Positions 51,601-64,000 of a stretch of 64,000 nt of DNA are shown here, piece after piece. The translations under genes and the position numbers were made by a program. This DNA is from Camelus ferus (lineage: Eukaryota): positions 10,480,001 to 10,544,000 of the forward strand of contig NC_045696.1 of NCBI RefSeq assembly GCF_009834535.1. The letters are read 5' to 3'. Position 1 is the stretch's first letter, and the number at the start of each line of letters is the position of its first letter. Below the pieces are notes generated by a model. The model did no database searches. It was not told the origin of the DNA and worked only from the letters and a program-made list of their open reading frames with translations.

Positions 51601-54600
51601 TTCTCTTGGGAACAGGCTGCAGATCAGGACATTGAAGAAGTGATGGAGACTGGCTGAGAGCCACTGACAGCTGCTCTGGGGCTGTTGACACAAGTGCCAG
51701 AGGGAGCTGCCTCCAGTTGCAGGCAAAGAGAGAGAGGGCAGACCCACTCTTGGGATCCAGTCTTCTCTGAGTCTGGACCCCACGTGCACACACACTTGGG
51801 CGTTCACATGTACAAGAGCTATTGGGGTATGACCTGTGGGAGGGGCTGCAGTATTAAGGAACATATTGGACCAAAGAATTGTGACAGCTCAGACATAGGC
51901 CATCTGAACCCCGTTCCCCACCTCCTGTCTGCCTGTGAAACAAAGCACAACGTAGCAGCTGCTACAGCCCGAATGCCTGCCTTATACAGGCATTGAGTCA
52001 TTGTCTGCAAAGTACAGGTTATCATTCCACTTTTTGGGTAAGAAAACAGAGGCTCAGAGAAGCAAAGTAATTACCCTGTGGTTACACAGCAAGGAAGCAG
52101 CAGGGCCAGGAGGCTCAGAGAAGCAAAGTAATTCCTCTGTGGTTACACAGCGAGGAGGCAGCAGGGCCAGGAGGTCTAGCCCTGTGTCTAAAACACCTCT
52201 GCAGAACTTCCTACTTCATGGCCAAGCAAATAAGGATGATCTTGGTGATGATAATGAAGGTAATAAACAGAGATCAACTCACTGTCAGTTTCCAGGAAGA
52301 AAGAGCCCATACAATTGACCAGCTGTGTGCCTCCTCTGAATCCCACCACTCTGGGGATGTATGTGTCCGTCACGTTTCCCCACACATCTGTTAGGTCACA
52401 AAAGGATCTCGTGATATTGGTACAGTCCTTGACGAGTGTCATATTTTGTGGTTTACTTTGAAAGGCAAAGAAATGGTAAAAGAAAATGTTAGTATTTATG
52501 TGATGAGAATCTACTGACTGCAGGCCCCGCCTCCTCATTCCTTTTGGGCTCTGCTCCAGTGTCCCGGGTGTTAAGTCGTCTGCCTGAACCACCTTTCAAA
52601 TGGAGCACCTTACCCTGCCCCCCGGCCCTCCAACCCCTCTCTCTGGAACCCTCTTTCCTGTGTTTCTCTTCATACCATTTCCCACTACCTGCCCCATTCT
52701 CTCTTTGGTTATTGATGCCTCCACCTACTTTCAGAATCTCTGCTCCAAGAGAGTGGGGATTTTGGTTCATGGTTGGAACCCTGGCATGTAGTAGTAGGTG
52801 CTCAGTAAATATTTGGTGCAGGAATGAATGAGCAAACATTGGGCATTCACAGCAGAGGTCCCAGTCTCCCTGCCCCTAGGGAACAATCATGAATGCCCTC
52901 CCTGAGATCCTCCCAACCTCTGGCCGAGGACCATATGGTCCAGTCCTAAGCCCGTGCTATGTAGGGACAGCACAGGTACTGCTCTCTTGAGCTTCAGAAA
53001 GGTAAGTCTAGGTGATACATATGACTGCCTAATGCAGGGAGAAACCTAAGACGTAAGCAGGAATCCCTAAGTAGGAGGATTAGCACAGACGGACTGAGCG
53101 CCGCACCCAAGGGTCACAGCTGGTTAGTGACCAAGCCAGACCTTGGACCTGCTCCTGTCCTAGTCTGTGCCAGGCAGCTTTCTTATCTGTTGTATCCCTC
53201 CCTGAGTAAAGAAAAGCGAACACAAACCATCAATACGGTCATCAGACCTCTGGACCCCTGTCCTCAGAAAACACAGCACTTTTAAACAGCCAGACTTACT
53301 GAATGAGAGAAATAAATTGTGAGCAACAGGCACAATAATTATTTTGCTTTTGAGGATTTAACCTGTAGAAATTGGCTTTGGTTAAAAACATAAGCCTTGT
53401 CAAAAATAGCTTTGGGTTGTTACAAGTATTCAGTGTCATTAAAAATGGAAGGGTCTTTTGTCATTGGACTTTTAAAGCTCTGAATAAAAAACCGAGATTG
53501 AGGGGTAGGGATGGGGGAGTGCAGAGAGAGAGAGAAGCTCTCTCACAAGCAAGATCACCTCTTTCCCACTCTGCACACAATAGAAAGATAATATATTTGG
53601 CAAGAGAAAAATGAAATAGCCAACCAACCTTATGATGGTGTACCATAACGTATAGTGAGTTGGTACAACTGAATGGTTTCTTACTTCCCACGATAAGACT
53701 GACCGGAAATTTTGTAATGTCATCTTTAAAGTGCAGTATTCATTTGAAAAATCTAAAGGCAACAGGAGAGAAAAAAAGAAAAGAAAAAGATTGAAATCTG
53801 GAACCCAGTGTTCTATCTTAGCCACAGCCCAAACTGTGCCTTGGGATCTGGAACCCCAAACTTCCAGCAGAGAAGCCCTCCCATGAGCGCTGGGGTTTGG
53901 GAAACACAGAAGGAAATGGTTTTACTGGACACAAGAAATGAACTAATATGAGTGAGAAATGGCAACATATTGTCATGGGGGGCAAGCTCAGGAAACAGGG
54001 ACTCAGCACTGTGTAAACAGAATCTGGGCACATGCAATCATCACTGACTCTCAGAGGCTCTTTGGATCAAAATAATCAATGTCATCCTGGGCCATTCCAT
54101 TCTCTCAACCCAACTCTCCACACCTCCTGCCGGCCTCCTGCAGCAGCCCAGCCTACTTGAGCTTTCCCTCCCTTGATTCCCCACCACAGAGGGGAGGGGG
54201 GGGGATGTGTGTGCCCAGATTGGCCCTTGAGAAGCATCCCACCCCCAGACTGTGCTGAAGCAGGTGCTATTAATAGACCCATTCTACAGACTGTGAAGTT
54301 GAGAAGTTGGGTTATGCAATGTTAGACAGCTCGGAAGTGGCAGCCAGCCAAGGAGACTTTACGGCTATGCCTGTCAAATCCTGCCTTATATGGTTAAAGT
54401 TTCAAAGATCATCTAAATTTCCTGTCATGAGGGCCTGGGCCTTTGGTTCCAGGTTGCCAAGTTGTCACCCCACTCCCCGGCGCCCCCGCCAAAGTGCCCA
54501 TCGCCAGGCTGGGTACATAGTTAATGTATAAGTGACGTTTTGTGGGAGGCTTTATATGCAGGCAAGAAATTTAATTTAAAAAATGTGTTTTCCCTTATCT

Positions 54601-56224
54601 GGTACCAGGAAGAATGCAAATTAAAGGGAAATTATCTCTGGATTTTTCGTTTGGCACAGTCTGTGTCTCCCTCTATTAGTGAGAGTATTAAGAGTTGAAT
54701 ATTCTTTAAAGGGGTTGGTAAATGATCTCTAGTGTTTATTTCTGATGATAGTTTTGTGAGACAAATGTGAAAACCAGAATCGGCTAAATTTTGACTCCTT
54801 TTATAGAGAATTTGAGAAAAAAAGATTCACACAAAATGGGCAAAAATAGATCTGGGATCAGAAATCAAATTTCTCACATTTTTGACTTCTAAGTGGTTGA
54901 ATGGTCACACTGACACTCTGGTCCTAATACAAACTTTTGTCAAGCCGAGAAAGTCTCTTACCGTGTAAAATATATGAAATACCAAACACGAGGCTGAAGT
55001 GCGCTAGGAAGAAGAAAAACATGTTAGAAAAGCAGTAACAATTCCTCCAGGCTCAATTTATGATTGCTGCTCTGAGCTGGGCGTTCTTTACACACACATG
55101 TATTAATATCGGATTGAGACTCTCGTGCTCAAGGAGAAAGCTCAAGGAAATTGTTCTCAGAGAGCTGCTGGCATCAGCAGCACATGGTCCAAGGATGTTT
55201 CGACCTGAGCAGATCCAAAGTAAGATCTGTTCAGGAGCTGACACTAGTCACGAGGGTTGGCTGGTTGAGGGGGTATCCTGAGACGCAGCCACCCGTCTGG
55301 AACAGTTCTCAGAATATGAATAAGCATGTTGCTCATTAATAAATTTCCAAGATATTCACCAAGGATGGTGGAGGAGGAAAGTTGTTGGTGATGGGAATTG
55401 GGGATTTTCCTTTGTTTCCTGGATGTCACCATAACTATGGGGGTGGGAGGGGTGGTCACTGGCATTTTTAGTAAGTAGAGACCAAGGCTGTTATACATTC
55501 TCCAGTGCGTGGGCAGTCCTTGGGGAAGAAGAGACCGACTCACGGACCCCTTACTGATAAACTATGGAACAAATGACACAGTGACACAGGGGAGAAAAAA
55601 TCAATAATAAATGAAGGGTGGAAACCAAAGTTCAGTAATGACTTCTCAGTTTTGTGACGTGGTAGGAGATAAGGGGTTTGGCCTCTTTGCAAATATAGGA
55701 GTAGTGGGAGGGTATAACTCAGCACTAGAGCGCATGCTCAGCTGTACAAGGTCCTGGGGTCAATCCCCAGAATCGCCACTAAAAATAAATATACAAATAA
55801 ATAACATAGAATAAATGAATAAATAAACCTAATGACCTCTCCCCTCCCCAAATATAGGAGTAGAGTGATAAATTCCATGCCGGATTGGAATGACGGTATA
55901 AAGAGAAATTACTCTTCAAATTACGATGAGGATATCCCGCACTGTTTTTGAGCCTTAAGTCATTTTTATTTATTTGTTTTCCTAAAATAACAGTAGGGAA
56001 AACCCATAGTGAATCTAAATCATTAACACAGCACTCCTACCTGTGTTCCATTTGGCTTTTGACATTGGGCAGCAGATACTGGGTTCTCCAGGCAGTGAAA
56101 TCAATTTGCTACATCCCAACAGGGCCCCTGGCCACCAAGCTGTTTTCACTGATAAGAAGTAATACTCACCTACGGGATACAAATTGAGTGGCCCAATTGC
56201 TGAGACATTCTGGCTCAAAACCAT
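38993..56224 (-). CDS. IFNAR2: Interferon alpha/beta receptor 2 (long form), spliced CDS: join(56224-56170, 55003-54962, 53752-53629, 52455-52283, 50329-50166, 46988-46820, 42808-42678, 39697-38993); 520 aa
   Basis: Exons of 55, 42, 124, 173, 164, 169, 131 and 705 nt join in frame (1563 nt). Six ectodomain cysteines, a TM helix and the cytoplasmic motifs [27 protein letters not shown] and C-terminal DGYIMR are typical of IFNAR2. Confidence 0.96.
39830..40075 (-). mobile_element. MIR
   Basis: ATCCCCATTTGACAGATGAGAAAACGAGGCAGAGAGGTTAAG. Confidence 0.75.
40515..40920 (-). mobile_element. Ancient L1 ORF2 fragment, followed by an L2 end (about 40925-41030)
   Basis: T-rich; CTCTTTATATAATCTGGATGCTAA and GTGTGAAGTAGGGATCCAATTTC motifs. 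Confidence 0.6.
42678..42808 (-). CDS. IFNAR2: IFNAR2 exon 8 (transmembrane; not in the ORF track)
   Basis: Acceptor CATCAACAG|, donor [53 protein letters not shown]. Confidence 0.95.
44837..46210 (+). mobile_element. Two adjacent MER21-like LTRs (about 44837-45710 and 45715-46210)
   Basis: Start TGTGATATTGTGAT. The two halves share GAGTTTA(T/C)GTTAATGAGGTGA, GGCCAA(G/T)GATTTAAT and GAGTTCT(G/A)TGAG...AAATTAT. Confidence 0.7.
46820..46988 (-). CDS. IFNAR2: IFNAR2 exon 7 (not in the ORF track)
   Basis: Acceptor TTTTTACAG|, donor [65 protein letters not shown]. Confidence 0.96.
47980..49600 (+). mobile_element. L2 fragments (about 47980-48940 and 49300-49600)
   Basis: Pyrimidine-rich L2 motifs such as CTCTCCCCTAAACTCCAGACTC, GGTCCAAGCCACCACCATCT and CCAGCCTCAGGACCTTTG. 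Confidence 0.65.
50166..50329 (-). CDS. IFNAR2: IFNAR2 exon 6
   Basis: Acceptor TTTTCTAAG|, donor [64 protein letters not shown]. Confidence 0.92.
50835..51030. mobile_element. MER58-like hAT relic
   Basis: GGCAAACTATGACC...TGGCCCTTTAGAGAAAG. Confidence 0.55.
52049..52170. repeat. 61-bp tandem duplication within a MIR
   Basis: GAGGCTCAGAGAAGCAAAGTAATT...GCAGCAGGGCCAG occurs twice (52049-52109, 52110-52170) with about 4 mismatches. Confidence 0.9.
52283..52455 (-). CDS. IFNAR2: IFNAR2 exon 5
   Basis: Acceptor CTTTCAAAG|, donor |[64 protein letters not shown]. Confidence 0.95.
53629..53752 (-). CDS. IFNAR2: IFNAR2 exon 4
   Basis: Acceptor CCTTTAG|, donor [50 protein letters not shown]. Confidence 0.95.
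54962..55003 (-). CDS. IFNAR2: IFNAR2 exon 3 (42 nt)
   Basis: Acceptor TTCTTCTTCCTAG|, donor [23 protein letters not shown]. Confidence 0.92.
55705..55848 (+). mobile_element. Vic-1-like SINE
   Basis: SINE body and tail; 15-bp TSD CAAATATAGGAGTAG at 55690-55704 and 55849-55863. Confidence 0.9.
56170..56224 (-). CDS. IFNAR2: IFNAR2 first coding exon (exon 2; the whole exon starts at 56256)
   Basis: AAGATGG start; [18 protein letters not shown]; donor TAG|GTGAGT; acceptor TTTCTTTTCAG| before 56256. Confidence 0.92.
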
Positions 56225-56937
56225 CTTTGTTATTTTATGTATCTTTACTTTCACATCTGAAAAGAAATCAGTATTAGGTGATCAAAATTCTAAAGCGTCT
56301 AATTAAATTGCAAAGGTAAGGGGCAAAGACAAGACAATGAAAGACTAGCAGGAAATTTCTGGTTCCAGGTTCCCTCTGCCCTTCTGGGAGCTGGACCATT
56401 TACCCCATTTACATGAGCAGCCTTATTCTCAGCTCTGGGACCCATTCCTTACCTAGTCAGGGAGAAATTTTAAATTTAACTTTTGAACAGGCAACATAGT
56501 CATTTGGCTCCAAAATTTTAAACATTCCAAAAAGTAAGTAGTGAAGGGTCTTGCTTCTTTTCAGAAAACTATTTTTGTCTTTTGTGAGTCCTTCAGAATA
56601 TCTTCATGCATAAGCAAAAATGTATATATATATCATTACTTTTTTTTTCTTCTTTTACACAGAGACAGCATATACATTCCCTGTCCAATTCCTTCTTTTT
56701 CCACTTAAAAATGTATCTGGGAGATCTTTCTGCATCAGCACCAAAGAGAATTTCCTGTTTTTATAAAAATAGCTGCATAGTCTACTCTATGGAAACACCA
56801 TGGTTTGTACCAGTCCCTGTGGTGGAGTTCTGAGTTGCTTCCAACAGTTTCTGCAGTGGATTATCTTGGAAATACATCATTCTGCACATGTCAAGTGTGA
56901 GAAAGCTTCCCAGAAGCAGGATTGGTGGGCTAAAGGG

Positions 56938-57393
56938 TGTATCAGTCAAGGTCCCAGCAGGAAACAGCACATTCAAGTTAGGATGATTTGGGGAAGATTT
57001 TAATCAAGGGACTATTTACAAACATGTCAACAGGATGCAGGCGAACCATAAGGAAGAGTATAGTATCTGAAACTAACAACAGCTGGAGCCGTTATCACCC
57101 TGGGCTAGAGGTGCAGAGAGAAGATGCCAATACTGGAATTTGGAAGAAGAGAATCCTGGATAAGGAGCTATGATGTAAGCCAGGTACCACCAACCCAAGG
57201 TGACTGTGCAGGGAGTGGGCGGAAGGGTAAATATCCCTCACTGTCTTCCCTCCCTTCTCTTCTTGGGTCTCTCTATTGGCTGATCCCAACCAGTCACAGG
57301 CTGTCCCCATACAAGACAGGATCCCAGGGCACAATAAAGGGTAGGGAAGGCGGACGCTGAGTCTGCAGGGGCAGACAGAAGAGACCTAGCACA
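56938..57393. mobile_element. ERVL-class solo LTR inserted in an ancient L1 (about 56480-57990)
   Basis: TG...CA termini with 5-bp TSD AAGGG at 56933-56937 and 57394-57398. Confidence 0.7.
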
Positions 57394-58819
57394 AAGGGGC
57401 TACGCATGTGTAATTTTGATAGAAATGGCTACACTCTTGCCCTTGTGGCTGTACCAATTTACACAGTCACCTGTGATGTGTGGGAATTTCTGCTCCCCAT
57501 GTGGGAAAGTTTATGGGGAATAATAATGATAATGACAACCTTCAGAGGTTATCATCAAGCTCTTGGATTTTTAAAAACCAAATTCATAAATGCAAAATTG
57601 TCTTCAGACTAACATTAATTTTGCCTTTTTCTTATTCTAAGTAAGATTGAGCATGTTTTCATATTCTTACTGAGCTATTTCCTTTCTTGTTAACTGTCCG
57701 TTTGTACCTTTGCCCATTTTTCTACTGAGCAGTTGCATTTTTTTTTTTTTCATATTGGTTTGAAGGAGCTTTTTAAGTATGAGGGAAGCTGGCCCTTCGT
57801 TTGTGATATGAGTCACATCTGTTTTTTTTTCCTTGCCGTTGTCACTTGTCCTTTGACTTGCCTGTGCTGTTTCTTTGTTTTTTGTTTTTACCACACAGAA
57901 GCTTCTGAGTTTTATGTTTTCAGACTTCAAGTTGTTTTCTTTCTTAGCGTCTGCATCTCAGGTGGCAGTTAGAAAGTCTTTCTCACTCCAAGTGAGAAGA
58001 GAATTCTTCAAACATTTTAAGGAGCCCATAGTTGGTCTTATTCCTTCTCTCTTTCAGGGTTTGTGTCTCTATCCAATCAACTGGGCCTTACAGATTCTGG
58101 GTGTTCTTCTGTCCCCCAAAACTGAGGCAGCATCAAGCCCCAAGTCAAAATGATAAATGACCACAAAGTAGCAGATTTGAATTCAAGCTAAAAGCAGATT
58201 AAAAAGCCCTCCTGACTATCATGCTATCAGGTCCCACCCAGGGTATTTCTAGAGAAATCCAAAAGATTCCAAGTCAGAATTGCCATCTACCACCCATGAG
58301 ATATCCAGGCACCTCAACTTATCCCATAATATTGTTCCCCTTTAGAACATCCACAGAGTTGTCGTTGTCATATGTGATGTCATCTCCTGTCATCACTCCT
58401 CGGCAGAGGGCCTGCATGGTTGTGGACTTTCTAGAGGTGGGCGTACCAAGATTGCAGAATGCCACCTTGGGTGTGACTCCCTTATACCTGATTATCTGCC
58501 CGTGGCCTCTGGGCCTTGTTTTTTTTCTAATGATGATACATCTTTGCCTTTGTTTTGCAGCTGCAGAGCCCTCTCATCCTTCAGCAGCTCAGAAATACAG
58601 ACACACAACTACACAACTAGAAGTCCCGCTCTCCTGCTCTGGAACAACGGATGCCTCCTCTTCTTCTTTGTTCCCGGTGACTCAGACTCTACTTCTAACC
58701 ACATGTCTGGTACTAGGTTCCTGGTACTGGAAAATCTAATTTCCCACTTTGGCATCCTGCCTGGAATTATTAATGAAGCTCTTTTAAACTCTTTCTGACT
58801 CTAAACAGATCAGACTTCC

Positions 58820-59915
58820 TGAAGCGTAGCTCTTGCTACCCTCATCTCTGTAGCAGGCAGAAGGGTCCCATGCTTGGTTTGCTGCTCTCCGGTGGTCCTC
58901 TTGAACTTCTTAATCATTTTTTTTTTAAACTTGTGCGTTGTTAGTGAAGTCTGATGGGACAATGGAACACACTGGGGCTTGGAGCATCAGTTTACACTTG
59001 GGTCTTGCTCCCCACTCCCCTGAAGGATGGGGTCCCAGGCCCTGCCTGGCCTCACTCTACACTGACTGCTGATGCTCTTTTCATGGGGACACCAGCTGGG
59101 TCACATCATGGGAGAGGCCCATACTGCACTGATGCCCTCCTGGTAGGTGTGCAGGGAGGGTGGGCCAGGCAGAGTGGAAGCTGTCCCTGGCCTGCCTCCC
59201 TGAGAGGGCGGCTAGCTGGTCCGATGGGGCTAAGTGTCTAGGTCAACCTTGATCCAGGTACACAGCATGGCCAGTTGCAGAGGTTTAAAGACCCATGGAC
59301 ATCACCAGCATGCTGTGGGTTGGGATGGTAGGTCCTTGGAGAGGGGAGAGTTAGGGTTTGACTGTCCGAGAGCCCATCCCAGGCTAGTGTGATGGGTGGC
59401 TAGCAGGAGATGGTTCCCAGCATCCTTCAGGCATAAGTGCATTCGTGACCAGAGTTGCCAGGGCAGAGGGGCCTGGGCACCTGTGGGGAGCAGCACTGCC
59501 CTGTGCATGAGGGAGTGCTCCTTGGGCTGGCTGGGTGCTGGGGCTGCAGTTAGAAACTCTCACTCCAAGGTGAGAAAGGAATTCTTCAAACATTTTAAGG
59601 AGCCTCCTCTTCCTCCTTGCTCTCTCTTCCTCCTTCCTCTCTCTTCCTCCTTCCTCCTTGCTATTTCCTGAGTCTCTCTTCCTCCTTGCTACTTTCCTGA
59701 GTCTGACCTGAGTTTGTTGCTTCTGGCTACTTAGAGGAAGGCTCCCAAGATGTGCTATGAAATGCCAATTGTGTAATTCTGTGATTCCTCGTCTGGATTA
59801 AATTGCTCTTATATTTGCACTTAGATCTGGCTTTGTACAATATAAGGTCAGATGGTAAAATTCGTGCTAGTAATTAAAAAAAAATTTTTTTTTTTTTTTG
59901 CTTAGAATGACGTTA

Positions 59916-59958
<43 letters not shown>

Positions 59959-60100
59959 TTGAGAGAGACCATGGAAAAGGTTTTTCTTGTCTTCATAGTT
60001 TAGTACCTTCAGTGGTACTCTTTCCTGCTTTTTAAACAGATGGGCCTTGCATTTTAATCGTGTTCTGAGTCCTGCAAATTCTGCTGCCAGCCCAGCCTGT
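58820..60100. mobile_element. MER45-like hAT-Tip100 relic
   Basis: CAGAAGGGTCCCATGCTTGGTTT near the start and GGGCCTTGCATTTT...CCTGCAAATTCTG near the end, as recalled for MER45. Confidence 0.5.
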
Positions 60101-60929
60101 AGCTCACAGTTGCCTCATAAGGCACCAAGGCCTTAGGTTGAATTCAAAGCTGCCATCAGCCTTTCTAGTTTTCCCTGCAGTTACTGTCCTGCACCAGTGC
60201 TGAGCTCATGCCCATCCCTCCCTGGAAGCAATCCTTGCCACTGACACCCAAACAAACCCTACCGATTTTCAAGGCCCAGCTCAAATGGATACTGCCCGGG
60301 CAAAGTGATTCTTTAAATTCCAAGTCCAGGCAGACAGACAGAGAGACAGACAGACAACCCTCACAAAACTCACTGCCTCCCACTCTCCTGGTAGAGAGCA
60401 GAATTGTGTCTTTTCTTCTATCCAGTATAACCTGCTGCCTGCCATATCTTCACTAGTCAATGAGTGAATGGATTTAGAAGGACAAATACAATTACATATT
60501 TTTTTTTCTGGAAATTCAAAAAGATACCCAAAAAAAAGCACCAAGAAGAAACAGTCATCTTTATTTTTTACCGCCAAGCATCAACCATTGTTAACATCTT
60601 GGCATCTTTGTTTCTAATTTATTTTCCAAATATCTTTCTCATTTCGGTAAAAATTGTTATACCTGCTTATTGAAAAAAATTAAAAATCATGTATAAAAGG
60701 AAAAATCCCAGCATCCAGATATTTCTATCATTAATCTTAGGTGAACACAATTCCAGAGAACTTTCTATGCATAGACACACACAGTGTTTCTGTCTAAATT
60801 AACTCTACTTGGGAAAGAAACTGAAGCAAAGGCTGAAGAAATTGACATTTAAATTATTTTTTCTCCTTAAGAAAGAATAATTCCCTAAAACATCCCTCTA
60901 AAGTTAAAAAAAAAAGATTATGAAAGACA

Positions 60930-62200
60930 TCAGGAGGTCGGAGCATAATATGTTCACAGCACTTTAACTGTTAAACTATATTTATTGATCGATGTTTTCA
61001 AGATGAGAACTATAGGATGTACTCACATTTCCTTCCATCTTCCTCCCCTACTTCCTTATTTTTTTCCTTATTGTGCTTTGGGTGTCTAGATTGATATAAT
61101 AATCACATTTTATTCTATCTACAATTTCCAAAGATGCTTTGTATTAATTCTACATTTAAACAAATACTCATCAACAGTCCTTTTCATCAAGAGTATCAAC
61201 ACCAGAGTTCTTTCTCTTGACTCCTCTCTTAATTTGCTATTTGCTGGATTTTGTCATCCAAGCAGTTTTTTCCCATAAGGGCTCACAGGTGCTGAATTCC
61301 TTTTTTTCTTTCCTATTTGAGAAGGTCCACCTGTTGACTTTCAACTTGAATGACATTGTAACTGGATGAGATACCCTCTTAGGAAAAAGTTTCTTTCCCT
61401 TAGAACTTTTCGCACAGAACCAGTCTTCTGGCATTTAGCAGAGCACTGGAAAAGTCTGAGGCTAGCTAGTCTGAGGCTAGCTAGAATCCTTCACTGATTC
61501 TTTTTTAGATTCCTAAATAATCCTTTTCCTCTGAATTTAAATTGTGTAAGTTATCTTGGTGCTGAGTACTCTCATATGAAAATTTCCTGGAAAATGGCGT
61601 GCTTTTTTGGCTTACAGACCATTTTTTCTTCATTTCAGTAAAATGTCTTTCACCCTATTTTTATTTGCATTCTCTGTCCTGTTTGTTGGTTTCACTACAT
61701 CAGGGAACCCTAATTATCCTAATACTTGACTGTGCTTGGTCTGTCTTCCACACTGGCCTCTTTATAAATGACTTCATCTTGGTCTCTTTCATCTGCATTT
61801 GTTGGGCTTCTTCATTAAGGAAGCCTTTCCTCTGTTAAAATATTTTTATTTTCAGCATCTATTTTGTTCTTTTCTCTCATCTCTTCTGTAATTGTTTCAG
61901 TGATCTTCCATGCATTCCCATAAGTCTGCAATCTCCCTTTTAATCTCAATTCAAATTTTTTCTCACCTTTGAGTTTATTTTATTGAATTTATATTTTCAT
62001 CAAGTTGTTGTAGGATGTAAAGCTATTGTAAGGGATTTCCTCCCATCCCAAGAGTCATATTTTCTTTTTAGTAAGACTTCTGCAAGCTATGTCGTTCTTT
62101 CCTTTCTTTTCTTTTCTTTTTTTCCACACCATTTCTGTTCACCTTGCTTGTACTCTGACGGCTTTGTCACCTGCTAGTGTGCTACAGTGGAGTGAAATCT
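60930..62200 (-). mobile_element. Ancient L1 fragment (5'/ORF1 region)
   Basis: Long T-rich tract with L1-like motifs (AAAGTCTGAGGCTAG, TCAGGGAACCCTAATTAT); no intact ORF. Confidence 0.45.
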
Positions 62201-64000
62201 TGACTTCCTTTTAATAAATGTATCTGATTCCAGTTTGTTCTGTAAGGACTAGGCAGTTTCTCTAGCCCAAAGCACTGTGCTGGGACGAGGGAGCTCAGTC
62301 AAGGAAGTGCAGTCTGCCAGAAGACCCAGGCTCTGCTTCCTCCTGGAGGATTCTGTTAAATGTCCTGCAGGCAGAGTCACTGCCTCTGGTGGGGCCCTGA
62401 GGTAGGATCAGCCACTGGGCCTTTGTGTGGATCCTCTGATTCTGGTCCTGGCTTTTCGTGCTCCCATTTGGCCCATCTCACTCCCCTCTGACCAGCAGGA
62501 AGAGCCTACCACTCCTTAGTCCAAAAAGGAAACAGCTAAGTAATGCTAAGACTCAGTTTTCTATTTATTAGGGAGCATTTTCAAGATTTTTATTGATTAA
62601 CCAGTCTACTGTGGCTAATAATTGTCAATTTGTTTTTAGTGCTATTCTATCAGGAAACTCTGATACCATGGGGAGAAAATATATCTTACTGGCATTTGGA
62701 TACTGGCCAACCACTTGAGCACTTGGTTTGCTACTTATCTCTCTGTCTTGTATTTCCTGAAGATCACCAATTTCTCCTATCCCTCTTTCCTTTGGCTAAA
62801 ATGGAGAATTAACAAGGTAACTGTCATGCTTCCGCTGGCATCTGTGCCCTTCCTGTTCATGAGCTTTCCTTTGCCATATGGTTTTGATGTCTTCTGGTAT
62901 TACAGCCTCCCAAAATGTGAGACAAATATGACTGGGTTATTCAATGTAAGCAAAAATAAAAATTTGAAATCTACGATTACCTTCACAGATTTTTATTGAT
63001 TCACCAGTACAGTTCCCGGAGGTCAGGCACACTCAAATTTTATACATATTTTCTAAAACCCCAGAATTAAAACAACAACAACGTTTAAGAACAACTCTCC
63101 ACGTACCAGTTTGTAAAAGCCTGGCTTGTGGGGAAACTGAATGGACTCATTTTCCTGTGGGTTCCCAAGAACACTTGCAGCGGCTCTGAACTATTCCCCA
63201 TCCTACATCTTTCTCTCTTCCCCGCTTTTGTTTTCTCTTTTCTCCACTTCTCATCACCCTAACTTACTTCAGCCCAACTGCTCCACTAGCGAACTATTTT
63301 CCTTTCTTCTTCCTGAATTGCATACCACCAGTTTCATCCTCTGAAGGAGTGAAAAATCCTCGGGGAAGAGTACTGACAAGCCCTGCTCTGAGATTCTATT
63401 GCACAGATTGTAAAACATGCACTTCTTTCTGACATCTGAACATCTCTGCAATAGGGTGCTTTGCACAGTGGCATGACACACCTTAACTGACAGTGGTTTT
63501 TCTTACTTGGTAACATGAAGTTTAAAAAGTGTGTCATTCTCAACAGCATCTTAATTTTGGACAGGCAAAGAATATATATGCCACTGACTCCTCTACAGTC
63601 TGAAGGTTTATAAAGGTAACAGGGAGATAAGTCCAATATGGCTCTCTGTGCAAAGTGGCGGGGATGGCATACACATTTTAATAAAAGTTTCACTTGTAAG
63701 ACAATACCTCTGGGGTTAGGATTCTTCTAATTTTTTTTGAAAGATAAATTACCATTTGTCAAATTTCAAGAACCAAATCTCAGGCAGATTTTCTTTAAAT
63801 TTTAAATAAATACATGAGAAACTTTAGAAAAAAATATGGGTAAGACTAAAAGAGCCATGCAGATTTCTGATGATCCAAAGTTGAAAAACAACTTGTGAAC
63901 TAGAGAACTTAAAAGTCCAAGTCATTTCCTGCTGACAAACAGGTCAAACATCACTGATGCCCGTATCACTAGGAAATGTTTTCTTTAGAGCAAATTTTGG

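Noticed and set aside
59885..59956. Poly-T and poly-A tracts as a retrocopy or hairpin
   Set aside because: No associated body or TSD; most simply expanded homopolymers.
61452..61484. AGTCTGAGGCTAGCT repeated twice
   Set aside because: Ordinary 15-bp slippage duplication in an old L1; not an array.
56257..64000. IFNAR2 exon 1 and promoter
   Set aside because: No CpG island or convincing first exon is visible; probably outside the window.

Overview
Mammalian genomic DNA from the class II cytokine receptor cluster. The source is most likely a camelid, inferred from seven copies of a tRNA-derived SINE resembling Vic-1. Two spliced genes lie head-to-tail on the minus strand. IFNAR2 has 8 coding exons from 56224 to 38993 (1563 nt, 520 aa); its non-coding exon 1 and promoter are not visible and probably lie beyond 64000. 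IL10RB has 7 coding exons from 37277 to 14226 (1086 nt, 361 aa). All exons were placed by hand from GT/AG boundaries and join in frame. The rest is intronic or intergenic and rich in repeats: a decayed near-full-length L1, L1 fragments, L2, MIR, LTR relics and DNA transposon relics. Almost all ORFs in the supplied track are spurious. I found no new multi-gene system. The most interesting signals are: splice phases permitting an in-frame IFNAR2-IL10RB fusion and soluble receptor isoforms; a shifted IFNAR2 exon 6 acceptor; an extra IL10RB ectodomain cysteine; a compact GAS/kappaB/IRF promoter with a divergent splice donor; and several local templated duplications. Human and mouse comparisons and repeat subfamily names come from recall, not from a search. 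Repeat boundaries are approximate unless a TSD is given.
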